Notes under the pieces: model-generated
The model's database searches: none
Told to the model about the DNA's origin: nothing
Seen by the model: the letters and a program-made list of their open reading frames with translations, nothing else
Virus record (IMG/VR): IMGVR_UViG_3300023084_000010
Location: 1 to 64,000 of that record
From: a virus
Strand: one strand, 5' to 3'
DNA: 64,000 nt
Program-made: the position numbers and the translations under genes
Part shown: positions 1-9,419 of the stretch, piece by piece
Layout of the letters: every line of letters starts with the position of its first letter
Numbering within the stretch: position 1 is the first letter of the stretch

Positions 1-1
1 C

Positions 2-196
2 ATGTCCGCTATTACTAAACGATACTTTTTTATACTTAGGGCCTGGATAATTTGATAAACTATTTAAACTACGTAAGTTAATAGGTTTACCGTCGTGAAA
101 TACTGCATATATTGCATCTGCATCTAATAACTGTTCACTACGGAATGTCTTGGGGTCTGTCCACTCCATTAAAATTTTTGGTTTAGGTCTAGCCAT
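2..196 (-). CDS. hypothetical phage protein, runs off window edge (MARPKPKILMEW...)
   Basis: Hand-translated open frame from ATG at 196; TAAATA late-promoter motif at 224-229 upstream. Confidence 0.7.
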   Translation of the reverse strand, partial: MARPKPKILMEWTDPKTFRSEQLLDADAIYAVFHDGKPINLRSLNSLSNYPGPKYKKVSFSNSGH

Positions 197-245
197 TTTC
201 ACTCTTTCTATACTGCTTTAATATATTTATTAAAGTAGTACAGAA

Positions 246-506
246 TTAAGTCGCTTTACCTTGTTTTACTGGTGCATTTGGATGCTTTTCAAGTATTTCT
301 TTTATTGTATCTTCTTGTAGACAGTTTACACCCGCTATTGGCATCACTTCGCCATATTCTCTCATAAGTTGGCGTATATAACCTTGTTGATCTTCTGTGC
401 TTCTAACACTATCTACACATTGCTGTCTTGTTTCAAATGTTGGATCTGTGAAAATATACACATCTCCTGTGACTGTGGCAAATATTACCACGATTAACCA
501 ATTCAT
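246..506 (-). CDS. small exported/signal-anchored protein with Cys pair
   Basis: Hydrophobic N-terminus MNWLIVVIF, two Cys; ATGA overlap with upstream gene. Confidence 0.7.
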   Translation of the reverse strand: MNWLIVVIFATVTGDVYIFTDPTFETRQQCVDSVRSTEDQQGYIRQLMREYGEVMPIAGVNCLQEDTIKEILEKHPNAPVKQGKAT

Positions 507-847
507 CCTTTTTCTCCCTTGGGTTTTGTTATACTAAAAGGAGAAAAATCAGTACCTGCGTTTTGTATACAAATTGTACCGTCTGGGTATAGATTTGCTA
601 ATGTCCATGTGCCACTATCTTGATTTACAAAAAACATCATTCCGCCTGGGAATGATCTGCCATCTTGACTAAACGTCATACTAGTTCCGGTAAACAGTGC
701 TTCTTCGTTCCATCTGGTCATTACCATTGACATAAATTTTTCACTTGGCCAACACTCGGCTCTAGTAAAAAAATATGTTCTATCAGTCTCTTGTGCAAAC
801 ACACTAGTAGAAAGTAATACAACAAAACTAGTTATTAGATATTTCAT
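503..847 (-). CDS. hypothetical secreted protein
   Basis: Sec signal peptide (MKYLITSFVVLLSTSVFA|Q), two Cys. Confidence 0.7.
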   Translation of the reverse strand: MKYLITSFVVLLSTSVFAQETDRTYFFTRAECWPSEKFMSMVMTRWNEEALFTGTSMTFSQDGRSFPGGMMFFVNQDSGTWTLANLYPDGTICIQNAGTDFSPFSITKPKGEKG

Positions 848-1292
848 TTTCTTGCCCTTTACGCTTCATAGCCAAATTCATATCCGACTCGTTCTTAAAC
901 GGTCCGGAATATGTATACTTTTGTAGCGTATCTGCTCTAGGACAAAAACTTGGTCTCCAACCCATCGGAAATAGCAAACAATAGTAGCCGGCCGCAAAAT
1001 ATACGCTAGAACTGGCTGTTTTCTTATAGATAGGCACATTATCTAGTAGGTCGATATCGTGCGCTTGCTCAGTGTTAGCGGGATAGCCGTAAACAGTTTC
1101 GTTTATAAAAGTCTTTGACTTTTTAGTTTCGATTTTAAAATCGTCTAAATTCTCATATGTTGTTTCTGAGTTATTATAGCTATTATATAATATATATTTA
1201 TCGTTTACAGCTTTAAGTGTACCAATCTTGCTACCGTTGGCTTCAACTATCCAAAACTTATCTTCTAATACTGGTTTTGCTTTATATTTCAT
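828..1292 (-). CDS. hypothetical phage protein
   Basis: 154-aa ORF tiled in operon. Confidence 0.7.
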   Translation of the reverse strand: MKYKAKPVLEDKFWIVEANGSKIGTLKAVNDKYILYNSYNNSETTYENLDDFKIETKKSKTFINETVYGYPANTEQAHDIDLLDNVPIYKKTASSSVYFAAGYYCLLFPMGWRPSFCPRADTLQKYTYSGPFKNESDMNLAMKRKGQENEISNN

Positions 1293-1530
1293 GTAACCAC
1301 ATAAGTTTATAGGTTATGTGCTGTTCTCTTGTAAAGTCTGCTATTATAGTAACTGCCAATGAACCATCTGCCCAACTATCATTAACTTCAGTTGTTAATG
1401 CTTTACAATTTTCACTAACCCACTTTCCTTTGCCTGATTTAATCCAAGTGTCAACTACGTCTTCTACTTCAAAGTTTGTCGTTAATATGCCATGCGGTAT
1501 TGTTGCACGGCATACTTTAATAAGCGGCAT
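1282..1530 (-). CDS. hypothetical protein
   Basis: 82-aa ORF overlapping neighbours in operon orientation. Confidence 0.6.
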   Translation of the reverse strand: MPLIKVCRATIPHGILTTNFEVEDVVDTWIKSGKGKWVSENCKALTTEVNDSWADGSLAVTIIADFTREQHITYKLMWLHEI

Positions 1531-2497
1531 TCAAATACTCTGCATGAGCTTCTGCTTGTGCACTTACACGTTGTAAATCGTGTTTACCACAAAACTTCAT
1601 AAAATGAATACCAACGCCGCTTACAGGAACTCGCTGTACTTGATTAACAATAGTTTCATCTAGTACTGTTTTAATCTCTGCAGGTTGTGCTGTAAGATCG
1701 ATTAGTTCACGATTACGTTGATAATCATCTAGTACACGGTGCTCAACACCTTCGTGATCTACCCATTTTTGCAACATAAAGTTATTCCAATTAAAGCCTT
1801 TATCATTTTTGTCTTCAAATGCTTCTAGTAGTCCAACTTTATTTTTAGTACCTTTCTTACGTGCACCAGGATATGCACTAAAGATATTATCACTTGTATC
1901 GCCACGTATACACTTTTCAAATAGTAACCATTCAGGATCGCCTACAACTTTGTGTTCTTTAGTTTTCTTATCTACAACAGGCTTGCCTTTATCATCGTAT
2001 ACACCATCTAAACGAATATGTTGATTAGTAATACCGTTATACTGACTTACATTGTTAGCAAGCAACTGATAAAAGTCACTGTCGCTACTGATAATAACGT
2101 GTTCATCATTAGGATGATTCTGAATAAAACGTGCAATAAAGTCGTCTGCTTCACACACAGGATGTTGAAGTACAGTACAGTTAGTACGCTTTTCCATAAA
2201 CGATTTTAGTTCATCAAATGCTTCAAAGTACTTTTGATCTTCTTCTTGTTCACGTGGACTTAGTGCGTCACGTGCTTCTTTACGATTACGCTTGTAAGGC
2301 TCGTAGTGATCTTTACGCCAGCTACGTCCTTCAAAACAAAACACAACATGACTGCCGTTAAAGTCTCTCCATGCTTTATTAATAGCACTAAACATAATAT
2401 GATATGCCATACCGATTTTAGTTTCAATGTCATCGCCTCGTACTACGTGACGTGCACGATAAAACATATTAAGACTATCTACTAAGATATAAGTCAT
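1517..2497 (-). CDS. rnh: T4 RNase H-like 5'-3' exonuclease / flap nuclease
   Basis: LVDSLN, YKRNR, EADD, SSDSDF and GDTSDN acidic motifs of the FEN/T4 RNase H family. Confidence 0.9.
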   Translation of the reverse strand: MTYILVDSLNMFYRARHVVRGDDIETKIGMAYHIMFSAINKAWRDFNGSHVVFCFEGRSWRKDHYEPYKRNRKEARDALSPREQEEDQKYFEAFDELKSFMEKRTNCTVLQHPVCEADDFIARFIQNHPNDEHVIISSDSDFYQLLANNVSQYNGITNQHIRLDGVYDDKGKPVVDKKTKEHKVVGDPEWLLFEKCIRGDTSDNIFSAYPGARKKGTKNKVGLLEAFEDKNDKGFNWNNFMLQKWVDHEGVEHRVLDDYQRNRELIDLTAQPAEIKTVLDETIVNQVQRVPVSGVGIHFMKFCGKHDLQRVSAQAEAHAEYLNAAY

Positions 2498-2721
2498 TTG
2501 TCATCCTTGAGTAATTTTGTTTCCATGTTCTCTTTTACATCTAGTATACTATCTGATTTAATCATGTCAATGATTATATTGTTGACATCAATATCACGTT
2601 GAAGCCAATACATTTTTTCTTTGAGTTTTTCTAATTCTGCTTGATAGAACTCTAGCTCTTTTTCTTTACGAACTTTTTGTTCTATAATGTCTGACAGTAA
2701 TATTAACTTAGGTTGTTCCAT
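2494..2721 (-). CDS. small coiled-coil hypothetical protein
   Basis: 75-aa ORF coupled to RNase H gene by ATGA overlap. Confidence 0.65.
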   Translation of the reverse strand: MEQPKLILLSDIIEQKVRKEKELEFYQAELEKLKEKMYWLQRDIDVNNIIIDMIKSDSILDVKENMETKLLKDDK

Positions 2722-2825
2722 TTGCTATTTCCATCTATTGCTAGTTGCATTAGTTTTGCTGGTAAACTGCATACCCATACATAAGGTACCCAAAATAGTA
2801 TATTATAAATCACGATTTCTGTCAT
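2703..2825 (-). CDS. small membrane peptide (40 aa, below ORF-track cutoff)
   Basis: Hand-translated MTEIVIYNILFWVPYVWVCSLP...; fills gap between neighbours. Confidence 0.45.
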   Translation of the reverse strand: MTEIVIYNILFWVPYVWVCSLPAKLMQLAIDGNSKWNNLS

Positions 2826-2997
2826 TGTGTACTTTCTCCCAATACTGTTCTGTATCTAACTGAGGCATGGTCTTTTGTTTTTCTTCCCATGCTATTCTAC
2901 GTTTACGTGCTTGGCGTATACCCCACCAGAACCATATTTTCCAAAATATTGGTGCAAGTGTATCACTGTGTAGAATGTAGTTACGTATTTTATCCAT
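2803..2997 (-). CDS. hypothetical protein
   Basis: 64-aa Trp-rich ORF in operon. Confidence 0.55.
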   Translation of the reverse strand: MDKIRNYILHSDTLAPIFWKIWFWWGIRQARKRRIAWEEKQKTMPQLDTEQYWEKVHNDRNRDL

Positions 2998-3005
2998 ATT
3001 CTATA

Positions 3006-3584
3006 TTATCTCACTGGCCAACCATTAAACCATGTAATTAATGCATAGCGAGTGCCTTTAGTAACAGGATGCACTTTGTGTAGATACCAACTTGGAAAAA
3101 ATATTACAGTTCCTTTTGTTGGCTTTATGAGCCCTCTCTCAGCAGGAACAGTGCTCGGATGAAATTCAAATTCTCCACCTTCAAAATCTTCATTGAGCCA
3201 TGCAACAAATGAAATTTTTCTAGTTTTTCCGTGTAAAAATTCATTTCCGGGATAGTTCAAAGGCTGAACACCATTTCCATCCATATGGAATTTATAATGG
3301 CCACCATCTTCGTATTTGCCAAGAGTAAATGATTCTGCAGCCGATATTTCAAAATTCCATCCTGCATTTTGATTTGCCATTTCCATCAATGACCAAAATG
3401 TATCGTATAGCCATTGCTCGTTACTCCATGCCAACTCTGTCTTTCTAATTTCATGATTTGACTCTACTGCAACTGCAGCATCTAGCCATTCAGCATTATC
3501 TCCTATACCCATAATACGTTCGATTGTATTGTCATCTAGTATGTTTGGGTATATCCAATAATCGGCTCTTCTTAAATCTTCCAT
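3006..3584 (-). CDS. 2OG-Fe(II) oxygenase (prolyl 4-hydroxylase-like)
   Basis: HxD (FHMD), GGEF, H(K)V.PV..G.RY..I.W motifs. Confidence 0.9.
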   Translation of the reverse strand: MEDLRRADYWIYPNILDDNTIERIMGIGDNAEWLDAAVAVESNHEIRKTELAWSNEQWLYDTFWSLMEMANQNAGWNFEISAAESFTLGKYEDGGHYKFHMDGNGVQPLNYPGNEFLHGKTRKISFVAWLNEDFEGGEFEFHPSTVPAERGLIKPTKGTVIFFPSWYLHKVHPVTKGTRYALITWFNGWPVR

Positions 3585-3595
3585 TTTTTTATCCT

Positions 3596-3862
3596 TTAAA
3601 ACGGTAAATCAATTTCTGCATTTACCACGTTGTCCCATCTAAAACTACGCCATCCTTTTGCGTTGACATCCCATACAACACAAACATCTTCATTTATAGC
3701 ACGAACCTTTTTTTGTGTCAATGGATCCTCTTTAGTTGCTTTTGGTACAACACTTTCATTAAGAGTACAAATCATTTTGCGATAGTCGCCGTTTACTTTT
3801 GTAAACTCTACAATAACATCGCCGTTGCGAAGTGCATTTAAAATTTCATTACGGTCTTTCAT
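3596..3862 (-). CDS. WYL_2/SH3-like phage protein
   Basis: FTKVNGDYRKM..TL and WDV...GWRSFR signature. Confidence 0.75.
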   Translation of the reverse strand: MKDRNEILNALRNGDVIVEFTKVNGDYRKMICTLNESVVPKATKEDPLTQKKVRAINEDVCVVWDVNAKGWRSFRWDNVVNAEIDLPF

Positions 3863-4089
3863 TGGTCTGCATACTCTCCCATTGCTATCTTAAATTGTAA
3901 TGCTTCGCCACTACATTCAAAGTGAAACGTATGTTCGTATTGTCCGGTCCAAGTTGTTACACTCCACTGGTGTTGTTTTAATCTTTTCCTACAATAAACT
4001 TTTCCACGATCAACTACATCGCTATGCAGTCGTACAGTATAACCAGGCTTCCAACGTTGCTTGTATTCAAATATTTCTGCTGGTGTCAT
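3859..4089 (-). CDS. hypothetical protein
   Basis: 76-aa ORF with ATGA coupling on both sides. Confidence 0.65.
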   Translation of the reverse strand: MTPAEIFEYKQRWKPGYTVRLHSDVVDRGKVYCRKRLKQHQWSVTTWTGQYEHTFHFECSGEALQFKIAMGEYADQ

Positions 4090-4241
4090 TTTACGTGCTT
4101 TATGTTTGAAGTTGCTTTTTGACTACCACAAGTTTTACAATATGAAATAGTAATTCTATATTCATGTCCTTCTGGTGTAGTTGCTTCTGTTAAAAAATAT
4201 GCAGGACGAGGATCACCGCAGCATCCACTAATCGTTGTCAA
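4086..4241 (-). CDS. small Zn-ribbon-like protein (51 aa, not in ORF track)
   Basis: TTG start after GGAGG; MTTISGCCGDP...YCKTCGSQK; stop overlaps next ATG. Confidence 0.6.
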   Translation of the reverse strand: MTTISGCCGDPRPAYFLTEATTPEGHEYRITISYCKTCGSQKATSNIKHVK

Positions 4242-4716
4242 ACCATACCTCCAGTCTGCCTTTGTGAACTGTTAATCTTACTAAACGATCTACGCTTACC
4301 AATGGTCGTCTTGTATAATCACGACCGCCATCAATCCAAACAGACTCGTCATCACTAACTCGATAATCATATCTGCTTCTACTAAAGATAATATCTCCAT
4401 TGTCTGCAATGATACCTGCAAATTCCTGATCCTCTATAAAACTTCCATCTGTTACTAATAATTGTTGTGTTTCATAATCCAAGTACATAGCAAAATATCT
4501 ACTATTACTGTCGGGATGTGGTTTAGAACTATAAAATACTGCACACGAATGATTATCGAATTCGCTATCAACTACATACTGTGCATCGTAGTGCTTGCAA
4601 ATTTTTTCTAGATGTTCATAGCAGAACAATGTTGGATCGTTACATAGTCTCATAGCAGTCCAGTCTGGTGCTCCTAATTTTTGTATAGTGTACACATTTG
4701 GATTATATGTCGTCAT
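4228..4716 (-). CDS. hypothetical phage protein
   Basis: C-terminal SRSRYDY...IDGGRDY.R motif; start uncertain (4716 or 4731). Confidence 0.65.
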   Translation of the reverse strand: MTTYNPNVYTIQKLGAPDWTAMRLCNDPTLFCYEHLEKICKHYDAQYVVDSEFDNHSCAVFYSSKPHPDSNSRYFAMYLDYETQQLLVTDGSFIEDQEFAGIIADNGDIIFSRSRYDYRVSDDESVWIDGGRDYTRRPLVSVDRLVRLTVHKGRLEVWFDND

Positions 4717-4996
4717 CGCCTTGTGCTTCAAGTGCTACACTGCGACATAAGTCGTTAAACCATAAGTCTACAATTGCTTCTGGTGTTTCACCTGCATAGC
4801 CTGCTTCACCTAATAGTCCAACAAAGTCGTCGTTCCAATCTAATTCAAAGTATCCACGTTGTGGGTTGTCTTTGTCAAAATGTACTTCAATTACTTTGAC
4901 CCATGGACCTAGTGCATTTTCTTTTGTTTCTTCTTCTTTAGCATACACATCTTTTCCTGTATGCTTAAAGATAAGTCGTCTAAACCATTCGCTCAT
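4703..4996 (-). CDS. hypothetical phage protein
   Basis: 97 aa, PWV..GYFELDWN motif; TAATG coupling. Confidence 0.7.
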   Translation of the reverse strand: MSEWFRRLIFKHTGKDVYAKEEETKENALGPWVKVIEVHFDKDNPQRGYFELDWNDDFVGLLGEAGYAGETPEAIVDLWFNDLCRSVALEAQGDDDI

Positions 4997-5166
4997 TAGT
5001 ACTCTACCGTTTGTACAACATTTTTTAATGTGTATTCTTCATCTCGTCTGTTGCGTCCTAAATCATAACTAACATTGGATCGTTGCAATAGTTTATCTAA
5101 TCTATTTAAGCGATCGATTGTTTCTTTAAGTTCTTCAACTAATTTTTCTGTACGTGGTTCTTTCAT
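4996..5166 (-). CDS. small hypothetical protein
   Basis: ATG at 5166 overlaps the metK stop (TAATG). Confidence 0.6.
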   Translation of the reverse strand: MKEPRTEKLVEELKETIDRLNRLDKLLQRSNVSYDLGRNRRDEEYTLKNVVQTVEY

Positions 5167-6254
5167 TACCAACCAATCCTTTCCCAAGGAACATCTTTGT
5201 TTCCAAAGTGCCCATATGTACAGTTACTACTATACTGTGTAAAGTTAAATAAGTCAAATCTATCAATAATACCTTTTGGTGTTAAGTTAATATTGTTCTC
5301 GATAAACTTTTGAATACTGCGATTATGTCCATTTGAATCAACATATATACTTGTCGGCTCTTTAACACCTATAGCATATGATAACTGAATCTGACACCAA
5401 TCTGCCATATCGTCTGCTACTACGTTTTTAGCAAGCCACCTAGCCATATAGGCAGCACTGCGATCTACCTTTGTTGGATCTTTACCACTAAAAGCACCGC
5501 CACCATGAGGAGCAAATCCGCCGTAAGTATCCACGATAATTTTACGTCCAGTAACGCCAGCATCACCGTCAGGCCCACCAATAACAAAGTTACCGGTAGG
5601 ATTAATATGCCATACAGTTTTATCATCTATTAAATCTCCTAGTACATCTCCTACAGCACTGCGGATAGGCATCTTTACACTTTCACCAAAACCTTCACGA
5701 TGCTGTTGGCTTACAACTACTTGATCAATGCGCTTTACACGCCCGCCTTCGTATTCAACACTTACTTGTGATTTAGCGTCTGGACCTAAGTATTCGTAAC
5801 CGTCCTTACGCATATCACGCAAACGTTTTAGTATTTCATGCGAGTAGTAAATTGGTGCTGGCATATATGCTTCGTTGTCATTACATGCATAGCCAAACAT
5901 AATACCTTGATCGCCTGCTCCAAAATCATCTGTACCTAGTGCAATGTCTCCGCTTTGAGCATGAATTTCATTATAGATATTTAAATTATCCCAATGAAAT
6001 CCTTCTTGCTCGTAGCCAATTTCTTTGACTTTATTGCGTACAATTTCTTTAACTTCGTCTTTGCTTACATTAAAGTTTTTTACTTCGCCTGCCAATGTTA
6101 CATGATTGGTAGTTACAAGTGTTTCAACAGCAACACGAGTTGTTTCATCTCCTGCTGCTAAACCAGCATCGACAAGTGCATCTGAGATTTGGTCTGCTAC
6201 TTTGTCTGGGTGTCCATCGCTAACACTTTCGCTAGTAAAAATATAGTTGTTCAT
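5166..6254 (-). CDS. metK: S-adenosylmethionine synthetase
   Basis: FTSESV.GHPDK, GAGDQG, GRKIIVDTYG and GGGAFSGKD signatures. Confidence 0.97.
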   Translation of the reverse strand: MNNYIFTSESVSDGHPDKVADQISDALVDAGLAAGDETTRVAVETLVTTNHVTLAGEVKNFNVSKDEVKEIVRNKVKEIGYEQEGFHWDNLNIYNEIHAQSGDIALGTDDFGAGDQGIMFGYACNDNEAYMPAPIYYSHEILKRLRDMRKDGYEYLGPDAKSQVSVEYEGGRVKRIDQVVVSQQHREGFGESVKMPIRSAVGDVLGDLIDDKTVWHINPTGNFVIGGPDGDAGVTGRKIIVDTYGGFAPHGGGAFSGKDPTKVDRSAAYMARWLAKNVVADDMADWCQIQLSYAIGVKEPTSIYVDSNGHNRSIQKFIENNINLTPKGIIDRFDLFNFTQYSSNCTYGHFGNKDVPWERIGW

Positions 6255-6320
6255 AAATGTTTCCTTATCTTTTCGTATTGCTCTTCGGTGTGTATTCCTT
6301 TACTATATTTGGCAACCTCT

Positions 6321-7217
6321 TTAAGTTCCCCAGGCATTTCCGAATAAGCTGATGTGGAGTCTAGGCGAGAACCTCCACCCTCGTTCCATACAGAGGTTCG
6401 CCACCTCTTGTACGTTGAGTGTGTATTCTTCACTACGCCCTCCAAGCGGCATGAGGTATACAGGTACGTCCACGCCTGCTTCACGATAGGTATCGACAGC
6501 TCTACTAACTTCGTCAACATCGTCTTGATCAGCAACAACAAACTTAAAGTACATATCAGCGCCATCCACAAGGGAATACTCACGAGCAACATCAGACTTG
6601 ATAGCATCACTCCAAGACTCGCCTGAAACTGAGAGTTTTGGGGAACACGAAAAAGTAACTTTAATTCTGTCATTGTTGTTGAGATAATTGTAGAAGTCGT
6701 TGTGTAACTGTTGTGTAGTGTTTGTTTCAATTGTGACATTTTTTAAATCCTGCATACCTGGGTGTTCAAATAACTCGACATATAAACGCTGCCAAGCAAG
6801 TAATGGCTCGCCGCCTGTAAGAATTAAGTGTACGTCCTGGCCGTTATCCATAGTCCATTTGCCTTCCGGCAACAAACTAAGCAAGTGTTCTACAACTTCG
6901 TCGACTGTTGCAAGTCGATTAAAGTCTTTAAACTCTGGATAAATGCTTGCATATGTATCACAACCAGTGTGTACAATAGGCAAGTCTTCAAACTTTTCTG
7001 TTTTTTCTACAATACCATCATCTAGCAATGCTTTTACTTCTGCATTGTAACGATTGCCTTCTGCATGTTGTTTCCAGCGATCACCTACACTTTTATCAAC
7101 ACCAAAGTTCATACAACGAAAGTTACAACCAAAAGTACGTAGAAATACACTTGGTACTCCTACGTATTTACCCTCGCCTTGTACACTATAAAATGCTTCG
7201 CTATATCTAAGTTTCAT
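6321..7217 (-). CDS. queE: 7-carboxy-7-deazaguanine synthase (radical SAM)
   Basis: EAFYSVQGEG..G.PSVFLR..GCNFRC...CDT, TGGEP, IETN, SPKL and RLH motifs. Confidence 0.92.
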   Translation of the reverse strand: MKLRYSEAFYSVQGEGKYVGVPSVFLRTFGCNFRCMNFGVDKSVGDRWKQHAEGNRYNAEVKALLDDGIVEKTEKFEDLPIVHTGCDTYASIYPEFKDFNRLATVDEVVEHLLSLLPEGKWTMDNGQDVHLILTGGEPLLAWQRLYVELFEHPGMQDLKNVTIETNTTQQLHNDFYNYLNNNDRIKVTFSCSPKLSVSGESWSDAIKSDVAREYSLVDGADMYFKFVVADQDDVDEVSRAVDTYREAGVDVPVYLMPLGGRSEEYTLNVQEVANLCMERGWRFSPRLHISLFGNAWGT

Positions 7218-7413
7218 CTTCTTCTTTCTTTGTTATTTGCCATGCACCAGGAGTTATTTCTTCCCAGAGCAGTGTGTCTCCATCATCCCAACCAACTTGG
7301 TTGAGCATTTCTGGAGGCAGTTCAACATACAATTCTTTGTCTTTACCGTTTTCTTGTACAGTAACGACCCAGTTATTATCTCTTAGTTTACGATATGGTT
7401 CTTTAGTTGTCAA
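7207..7413 (-). CDS. AbrB/MazE-like small DNA-binding protein
   Basis: LYVELPPEML..VGW..GDTL pattern; probable TTG start. Confidence 0.6.
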   Translation of the reverse strand: MTTKEPYRKLRDNNWVVTVQENGKDKELYVELPPEMLNQVGWDDGDTLLWEEITPGAWQITKKEEDET

Positions 7414-8149
7414 CTGTTTCTTCCTCTGCACGTGCACGTTTTTCTGCTAATTCGTCTTCGTAGTATTCCCATGCTTCGTCCCAATAATCATCACCTTCGT
7501 GCATATGACTATCTTCCCAACGTTTATTAAACCATGCTACTTGTGCATAATAACCCTTTCCACGACTATCAACAAAATCATAATCTTGTTCGATTTCTTC
7601 TTTGTTATACCATAAACGTTCAATCATTTCGCCGTGATCTGTTTCTACACCAGACACCGCAACCAAGTTAGGATCAAATTCTTCTCCGTCTTTGAGTTCT
7701 ACAATCCAGCCGCCGAACTCTCCTTTTTCTGCACTATAAAACATTAGCACAGGAACACTATTATCCTCTTCTTCTTCATCTTGTGGCTCTTCTTGTGTAT
7801 AGCATTCACGACTGTATAATTGATGTGGATCGAAATCAATACGTTTGTCCCAATCAATTTCGTTATCTTCGTCTAGTTCGAACGCCATTAATTCAAGTCC
7901 GTTACTAGCTGTTTGGTGATGAATGTCGTCAATCTCGTACCAACTGTTATAGTACTCCATATCCTCTAAAATGTCAGGACTGTCTGGATCGATGTCTTCG
8001 CCGTCTTGCCAATCTTCTAGTGCTTGCAAATGATTAATAAGTTCATCTTCGTCACGTCCTTGCCAGTATGTAACAAACTCTGGTGTTACTGTACCAATAG
8101 TCATTTCGCCGCCGTAGTTGCTACCACGAATATAAATTTTCTTACCCAT
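7403..8149 (-). CDS. highly acidic hypothetical protein
   Basis: 248-aa Asp/Glu/Trp-rich ORF. Confidence 0.75.
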   Translation of the reverse strand: MGKKIYIRGSNYGGEMTIGTVTPEFVTYWQGRDEDELINHLQALEDWQDGEDIDPDSPDILEDMEYYNSWYEIDDIHHQTASNGLELMAFELDEDNEIDWDKRIDFDPHQLYSRECYTQEEPQDEEEEDNSVPVLMFYSAEKGEFGGWIVELKDGEEFDPNLVAVSGVETDHGEMIERLWYNKEEIEQDYDFVDSRGKGYYAQVAWFNKRWEDSHMHEGDDYWDEAWEYYEDELAEKRARAEEETVDN

Positions 8150-8387
8150 TTTCTTTCTCCCATAGTACTGTGTCCATGTGACTAATTAAGTTACTGAATC
8201 CGATTTGCATTACACTATAATCGTGTAGTTCTTCTCTGTATGCTTCAATTTCTGCTAGTTGGTCACCATCTAGTTCTTCTACATTATCGATACCGTAGTG
8301 TTCACACACATATTCATAAACATCGTCTGTAATATTACGTTCGTGGTTTTCTTCCCACTTGTGTATTCTATTCCATTCAAAACTCAT
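8142..8387 (-). CDS. hypothetical protein
   Basis: 81-aa ORF, coupled overlaps. Confidence 0.65.
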   Translation of the reverse strand: MSFEWNRIHKWEENHERNITDDVYEYVCEHYGIDNVEELDGDQLAEIEAYREELHDYSVMQIGFSNLISHMDTVLWEKENG

Positions 8388-8536
8388 TTTGACTTTCCTC
8401 TTTTGCCAACTTTAAATGTATATTCAATATCTTCAGGATCGGTTTTTTCGCCTGCTTCGCATACAGTTACTTTATTCTTTTTTAACCATTCATCTATAGC
8501 TTTGTTTTCTTGATCTGATAGTTGTGGTCTACTCAT
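8384..8536 (-). CDS. small basic-tailed hypothetical protein
   Basis: MSRPQLSD...; likely start is the ATG at 8536. Confidence 0.55.
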   Translation of the reverse strand: MSRPQLSDQENKAIDEWLKKNKVTVCEAGEKTDPEDIEYTFKVGKRGKSK

Positions 8537-8702
8537 CGCTATTCCTATGTTGTATGCAAATTGCTTTTTCGTTATTTTCAAATGTTGCTTCTAAAACTGC
8601 ACGTTCGATTGAACAACGGTTACCGTCTTGATATAACTCGTAGTGTGTAAGACGGACTTCATCACTACCATAAACTGTGCTTAGTACTACTAGTATCCAC
8701 AT
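8529..8702 (-). CDS. small exported protein with Cys pair (57 aa, not in ORF track)
   Basis: Hand-translated MWILVVLSTVYGSDEV...RC...AICIQH. Confidence 0.55.
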   Translation of the reverse strand: MWILVVLSTVYGSDEVRLTHYELYQDGNRCSIERAVLEATFENNEKAICIQHRNSDE

Positions 8703-8706
8703 TGTG

Positions 8707-8868
8707 CTATCCTTGTACTGCTATATGCTGTGCTTCACGTTCGGCTGTTTCAACAATTTTAGCAAGTTCGTTTAGACGATCTGCTACTTCTCTAAAGTAA
8801 CTGTTTCCGGTTGCACGAGCTTTATCATGTAACCACATTACCATTTGACTGTCTTTTTCATTTATCAT
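8707..8868 (-). CDS. small hypothetical protein (53 aa, not in ORF track)
   Basis: MINEKDSQMVMWLHDKAR...; ATGA overlap with PRTase stop. Confidence 0.6.
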   Translation of the reverse strand: MINEKDSQMVMWLHDKARATGNSYFREVADRLNELAKIVETAEREAQHIAVQG

Positions 8869-9419
8869 TTATCATACTCCCAAGGAAAAACAATCCAAGG
8901 ATCGCCTTCGCTAGTATCCACTGTTTTCCAATTATAATTTACACCGTCAAAAATTGTATGTGTTTTTTCACACATTGTAGCAAAGCGAACGTTTTGTCCC
9001 CATACAGTGTCCCAATTTGGATGAGCAGGTAAGCAGTTCTTTTGCCAATCATCTTTAATCCAGTTAAAGGTAGCACCAGTATCGTTGATATCATCTACAA
9101 TGAGTATATTCTTTTTCTTAGCAGGATCGCTTGTAGCTTTACTCCAAACATCATCTCTACCAATCTCGGATACATAACCAAATGCATCTTCTGCCATCCA
9201 ACAATTTGATTCAGGACCATTGCCGCTACCGTCACGTAATCTAACATCTAGTGTATACATGTTAGCATCTATCAAATGACTAATACGCAGTGCTAATGGC
9301 AAGCCACCTCTGTTAAGTCCTACAATATAATCTGGACGCCACGCATCATTATACATTTGTAACACAATGTCTGTGGCAGCATCATGCAAATCATTGTATG
9401 TGTAATATTGTTTGTTCAT
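8865..9419 (-). CDS. purine (xanthine/guanine-type) phosphoribosyltransferase
   Basis: IVGLNRGGL, PRPP-binding LIVDDINDTGAT, C-terminal WIVFPWE. Confidence 0.9.
   Translation of the reverse strand: MNKQYYTYNDLHDAATDIVLQMYNDAWRPDYIVGLNRGGLPLALRISHLIDANMYTLDVRLRDGSGNGPESNCWMAEDAFGYVSEIGRDDVWSKATSDPAKKKNILIVDDINDTGATFNWIKDDWQKNCLPAHPNWDTVWGQNVRFATMCEKTHTIFDGVNYNWKTVDTSEGDPWIVFPWEYDK

Noticed and set aside
6251-6739. 162-aa ORF overlapping queE in another frame
   Set aside because: Mostly a shadow of queE. At most the last 28 codons (6251-6337, MPGELKEV...) may be a real coupling peptide, with too little support to call.
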